Assembly (NCBI RefSeq): GCF_009914755.1
Contig: NC_060925.1
Strand: one strand, 5' to 3'
Length of the DNA stretch: 64,000 nucleotides
From: the human T2T-CHM13v2.0 reference genome, Homo sapiens
How positions within the stretch are numbered: position 1 is the stretch's first letter; the number at the start of each line of letters is the position of its first letter. Below are positions 54,901 through 64,000 of this stretch, one piece after another. Position numbers and translations under genes: made by a program. The notes below the pieces were generated by a model, which was given only the letters and a program-made list of their open reading frames with translations, was not told the DNA's origin and made no database searches.

Positions 54901-57171
54901 TATAGACTTCGCCGACAGGGGGCATTGAGGCATATCTCTGCACTGATCACCGAGGTGATGCAACTCTTGTCTGTGATCTGCTTACTGGGGTCATTGTGAC
55001 ATATCTCTTCCCTGAACATCCAGGTGATGTAAGTCTTGTCTAGGCTCTGCCTACTGGAGATATTGTGACATGTCTCCCCACTGATCACCCAGGTGTTGTC
55101 ACTTTTGTCAAGGATATGTCTGCAGGGAAATTGTGACATGTCACTACAGTGATCACACAGCTGGTGTAACACTTTTCTAGGCTCTGGCTACAGGGGGCTT
55201 GTGACACATCTCTGCACTGATCACCCAGGTGATGTAACCCTTTTCTAGGCTCTGCCAAAAGGGGGCATTGTGAAATAACTCTGCACTGATCACCCAGGTG
55301 ATGGGACTCTTGTCTAGGCTCTGCCTACAGGGGCATTTTGACATATCTCTGCAGTGATCACGCAGGTGATGAAACGCTTGTCTATATCTGCCTACTGGCG
55401 TCATTTTGGCATATTTCTGCACTGATCACCCAGGTGATGGACTCATGTCTTGGATCTGACTATGAGGGCATAGTGGCATACCTCTGCACTGATCACTTAT
55501 GTGATGCAACACTTGTCTAAGCTGCGCCTAAAGGGGAATTGTGACAGATATCTCCACTGATCACCCAGGTGATGCAACAGTTTTCTGGGATTTGTCTACA
55601 GGGGGCTTTGTGACATATCCTTGCACTGATCACCCAGGAGATGTAACTCTTGTCTAGGCTCGGCCTACATGGGCTTTGTGACATATTTCTGCACTGATCA
55701 CCCAGGTGATGTAACTCTTGTCTAGGCTCCACCTACAAGGGATATTGTGACGTATCTCTGCACTGATCACCCAGGTGATCTAACATTTATCTAGGCTCTT
55801 CCTACAGGGTCGTTTTGACATAGCTCTGCACAGATCAACTAGGTTATGTAACTCTTGTTCACTCTCTGCCTATAGTGGGCATTGTGACATATCTCTGCCC
55901 TGATCACCCAGGTGATAGGACTCTTCTCTGTACTCTGCCTAGAGGAGGATATGTGACATATCTCTGCACAGATCTCCCAGGTGATGGAAGTCTTGTCTAG
56001 GCTCTGTCTATGGGGGCATTGTGTCAAATATCTGCAATGATCTCCCAGGTGATGTAACTCTTGTCTAGGCTCTGTCTACAGGGATTTTTGTGACGTATCA
56101 CTGCACTGATCACCAAGGTGATGTAAGCCTTGTATGGGCTTTGCCTACAGAAGGCTTTGTGACATATCTATGCACTGATCTCTGAGATGATGCAACTCTT
56201 GTCTAGGCACTGCCTACAGGAGACATTGGTACATATCTCTGAACTGATCACCCAGGTGATTGACTCTTGTCTTAGATCTACCTACACGGACACTATGACA
56301 CATGTTGGAACTGATCACCCATGTGATGAAACTCTTGTCTAGGCTCTGCCTAAAGGGACTTTGTGACACATCTCTGCACTGATCACCCTGGGGAGGGAAG
56401 TCTTGTCTACGCTCTGCCTACAGGAGGCTTTATGACTTCTACCTGCACTGATAACCTAGGTGATGTAACACTTGTCTAGGCTCTGCCTACACGGAATTTC
56501 TCACATATTTCTGCACTAATCACCCAGGTGATGTAACTCTTGTCTAGGTTCAGCCTACAGGAGCGTTTTGACATATCTCTGCACTGATCACCCAGGTGAT
56601 GTAACCCTTGTCTAAGCTCTGCCTACAGGTGCATTGTGACAGATATCTCCACTGCTCACCCAGGTGATGTAACAATTGCCTGGGCTTTGCCTACAGGGCG
56701 CTTTGTGATACACATTTTCACTGATCAAACATGTGATGTAACCCTTGACAAGGTTCTACTTACAGGGGCTTTGTGACATATCTCTGCACTGATCAACCTA
56801 GGGAGGAGACGCTTGACTACACTCTGCCTACAGAACGCTTTACAACTTATCCCTGCACTGATCACTAAGTGATGTAATACTTGTCTAGGTTCTATCTTCA
56901 TGGGAATTTTCACATATCTCTACACTGATCACCTACGTGATGTAACCCTTGTCTAGGTTCAGCCTACTGTGGATTTCTGACATATCTATGCACTGATCAT
57001 CGAGGTGATGTAAATCATTTCCAGGCTTTTTGTACAGGGGACATTGTGATATATCTCTGCACTGATCACCCGAATGTTGCAAATCTACCCTAGGCTCCGC
57101 AGGGAGGGGGCATTGTGACATATTTCTGAACTAATCATCCAGGAGATGTAACTATTCTCCAGGCTTTGACT
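51929..57171 (-). repeat. Beta satellite array, reverse orientation
   Basis: 68-bp monomers. Confidence 0.97.
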
Positions 57172-59941
<2,770 letters not shown>

Positions 59942-62900
59942 GACACATCCCTGAACTGATCAACAAAGTGATGTAACTCTTGTCTAGGCTCTGCCTACGG
60001 GTGCATTGTGACTTATCTCTGCACTGATCACCCAGTAGATGTGACTCTAGAGTAAGCTCTGTCTAGAGGGACTTTGGGACATATCTCTGCACTGATCGCT
60101 GAGGTGATGTAAAACTTCTCTTGGCTTTGCCTACAGTGGGATTTATGACATATCTCTGCACTGATCACCCAGGTGATGTAACTATTGTCTAGGCTCTGCT
60201 TACAGGGGGTATTGTGAGATATGTCTGCACTGATCACCCAGGTGATGTAGCCCTTGTCAAGGCTCTGCCTACAGGGGCATTTTAACATATCACTGCACTG
60301 ATCACCGAGATGATGTAACTCTTGTATAGGCTTCACCGACAGGGGTCATTGAGACATACCTCTGCACTGATCACCGACGAGTTGCAACTCTTGTCTGGGA
60401 TCTGCTTACAGGGGTCATTGTGGCATATCTCTGCCCTGATCACCCAGGTGATGTAACACTTGTCTAGGCTCTGCCTACAGGGGCTTTGTTACATATCTCT
60501 GCCCTTATCACCCAGGTGATGGGACTTTTGTCTAGGCACTGCCTATGGGGGCATTGTGACATAGATCTACACTGATCACCTAGGTGATGTAACTCTTGTG
60601 TTGGATCTGCCTATGTGAGCATTGTGACATATTTCTGCACTGATCACCCAGGTGATGGGACTCTTGTCTAGGCTCTGTGTATGGTGGCTTTTTGACATAT
60701 CTCTGCTCTGATCACCCAGGTGATGTAAAGCTAGACTAGGCTCTGCCTGCGGTGCATAGTGACATATCACTGCATTGATAACCGAGGTGATGTAACTCTT
60801 GTCCATTCTCTGCCTATAGGGGGCCTTGTGACATATCTCTGCACTGATCATGTAGGTGATGTAACTCTCCTTATGCTCTGCCTGCAGGGGCTTTGTGAAT
60901 ATCTCTGCACTGATCACCCAGGTGATGGGACTCTTATCTAGGCTCTGCCTACAGGGGCGTTTTCACATATCCCTGAACTGATGACAAAGGTGATGTAACT
61001 CTTGCCTAGACTTTGCCTACAGGGGACATTGTGACATATCTCTGCACTGATCACCCAGGTGATGTAACTCTGGTCTAAGCTGTGCGTAAAGGGGCATTGT
61101 GACAGATCTCTGCACTGATCGCTCAGGTGATGTAACTATTGTCTAGGCTCTGCTTAAAGGGGCCTTGTCACATAATTCTGCACTGATCACCCAGGTGATG
61201 TAACTCTTGTCAACGCTCTGCTTAAAGGGGGTATTGTGATATATCTCTGCCCTGTTCACCTAAGTGATGTAACAATTGTGTAGACATATCACAAAACAAT
61301 TGTGTTTGACATATCTCTGCACTGTTAACAGAGGTGATGTAACTGTTGTCTAGGCTGTGCCCACAGGGGGATTGAGACATATCTCTACAATGATCCCGAG
61401 GTGATCCAACTCTTGCCTGGTCTCTGCCTATTGGGGACATTGTGATATATCTCTGCACTGATCTCCCAGGTGCTGTAACTTTAGTCTGGGCTCTGGATAC
61501 ACGGCATTGTGACATATCACTCCACTGATCACCCAGGTGATATAACTCTCCTCTAGGCTCTGCCTACAGTGGCATTGTGGCATATCTCTGCACTGATCAC
61601 CCAGGTGATGTAACTCTTTTCTAGAATCTGCATACAGGTTGCTTTGTGACATATCCCTGCAATGATTACCCAGGTGATGTACCACTTGTCAAGAATCTGC
61701 CTACAGGGACATTGTGATGTATCTCTGCATTGATCACCTAGGTCACGTAACTCTTGTCTAGGCTCTATCTACAGTGGCATTGAGACTTATCTTTGCACTG
61801 ATCATCTAAGTGATGTATCTCTTGTCTAGGATCTGCCTAAAGAGACTTTGTGACATAACTCTGCACTGATCGTCCAGGTGATGGGGCGTTTGTCTAGGCT
61901 CTGCCTAAGGGGGCATTCTGACATATTTCTGCACTGATCACCAAGGTGACGGACTCTTGTATTGGATCTGCCTAAGGGGGCACTGTGACATATCTCTGCA
62001 CTGATCACCCAGGTGATGTAACAGTTTTATAAGCTCTGCCTAAAGGGAAATTGTGAGAGATCTCGCCACTGATCAGACAGGTGATGTAACTATTGTCTAG
62101 GCTTTGCCTGCAGGGGGCTTTGTGACATACCTTTGCACTGATCGCCCAGGTGATGTAACTTATCCAAGTTCTTCCTACAGGAGCTTTGTGAGATATCTCT
62201 GCACTGATCACTTAGGTGACGTAACACTTTTATAAGCACTGCCTACAGGGAATTTTGACAAATCTCTGCACTGATCACCTAGGTGATGTTACTCTTGTCT
62301 ACCGTCTGCCCAAAGGGGGCATTGTGAAATATCTCTGTACTGGTCACCCAGGTGATTCAACTCTTGTCTAGGATCTGCCTACAGAAGGTATTGGGAAATA
62401 TCTCTACTCTGATCAAGTAGGTGATGTATCTCTTTTCTAAGCTCTGCCTACAGGTGCGTTTTCACATATCCCTGAACAGAGGACAAAGGAGTTGTAACTC
62501 TTGCCTAGGATTTGCCTACAGGGGACATTGTGACATATCTCTGCACTGATCAGCGAGGTGATGCAACTCTTCTCTATGCTCTGCCTACAGGGGACATTGT
62601 GACATATCTCTGCACTGATCACCCAAGTGATGCAACTCTTCTCTATGCACTGCCTACAGGGGGCATTGTGACATATTTCTGCAAAGATCACCCAGGTGAT
62701 ATAACTCTTTTCTAGTCTCTGCCTGCAGAGGTCGTTGTGACATCACTCTGCACGGATCACCTGGGTTATGTAACTCTTGTCTAGGCTCTTCCTACGGGGG
62801 CATTGTGACTTATCTCTGCACTGATAAAAGAGGATATGTGACTCTTGTCTAAGCTCTGCCTAGACGGACATTTGGACATATCTCTGCGCTGATCACTGAG

Positions 62901-64000
62901 GTGATGTAAAACTTGTCTAGGCTTTGCCTACAGTGGGATTTATGACATATCTCTGCACTGAACACCCAGGTGATGTAACTCTTCTCTAGGCTCTGCTTAC
63001 AGTGGGTATTGTGAGATATCTCTGCACTGATCACCCAGGAGATATAACTCTTTTATAGGCTCTGCCAATTGGGGCATTTTCACATATCACTGCACTGATC
63101 ACTGAGATGATGTAACTCTTGTATAGGCTTCGCCGACAGGGGGCATTGAGACATATCTCTGCACTGATCACAGAGGTGATGCAACTCTTGTCATGGATCT
63201 GCTTACAGGGGGCATTGTGACATATCTCTGCCCTGATCACCCAGGTGATGTAACTCTTGTCTAGGCTCTGCCTACTGGAGTCATTTTGACATATCTCCGC
63301 ACTGATTACCCAGGTGATGTCACATTTGTCAAGGATATGGCTACAGGGACATTGTGACATGTCACTGCACTGATCACACAGCTGATGTAACACTTGTCTA
63401 GGCTCTGGCTACAGGGGCTCGTGACATATCTCTGCACTGATCACCCAGGTGATGTAACCCTTGTCTAGGCTCTGCCAAAAGGGGATATTGTGACATAACT
63501 CTGCACTGATCACCCAGGTGATGGGACTCTTGTCTAGGCTCTGCCTACAGGGGCATTATGACATATATCTGCAGTGATAACGCAGGTGATGTAACTCTTG
63601 TCTATATCTGCCTACTGGCGACATTGGGGCATATTTCTGCACTGATCACCCAGGTGATGGATTCTTGTCTTGGATCTGCATATGGGGGCATACTGACATA
63701 TCTCTGCACTGATCACTCATGTGATGTAACTCTTGTCTAAGCTGCGCCTAAAGGGGAATTGTGATAGATATCTCCACTGATCACCCAGGCAATGGAACAA
63801 TTTTCTGGGATTTGTCTACAGAGGGCTTTGTGACATATCTTTGCACTGATCAGCCAGGAGATGTAACTCTTGTCTAGGCTCTGCCTACAGCGGCATTTTA
63901 ACATATCACTGCACTGATCAAAGAGATGATGTAACTCTTGTATAGGCATCGCTGACTGGGGGCATTGAGATATATCTCTGCACTGATCACCGACGTGACC
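59942..64000 (-). repeat. Beta satellite array, reverse orientation
   Basis: 68-bp monomers running to the window end. Confidence 0.97.

Overview
Primate (human or great-ape type) heterochromatic DNA. About 41 kb is 68-bp beta (Sau3A) satellite in nine blocks. The blocks alternate with nine D4Z4-derived DUX4-like cassettes, each laid out as D4Z4 upstream/promoter, double-homeobox ORF, 3' exons, then a pLAM-like end. A full cassette is about 2.77 kb. This arrangement is typical of DUX4L/beta-satellite clusters on acrocentric short arms and in pericentromeric regions; the chromosome cannot be assigned from the sequence alone. No copy has an intact ATG-to-stop DUX4 frame, so all are pseudogenes. 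The window reads minus (1-10748), plus (10746-41631), then minus (41632-64000). The two orientation switches lie inside DUX cassettes and appear to be reciprocal. The most notable observations are structural or evolutionary rather than a clear new gene system: (1) the reciprocal breakpoints around a 31-kb inverted segment; (2) the pLAM/exon-3 region is visibly a decayed second copy of the DUX 5'UTR; (3) the position of the FSHD poly(A) signal is an ordinary beta-satellite monomer here, and one copy has independently gained AATAAA; (4) fold-back repair scars; (5) an upstream frame that starts at the satellite junction and is open in all eight promoter-bearing copies. Comparisons with DUX4, 4qA and DUX5 are from recall, not from database alignments.
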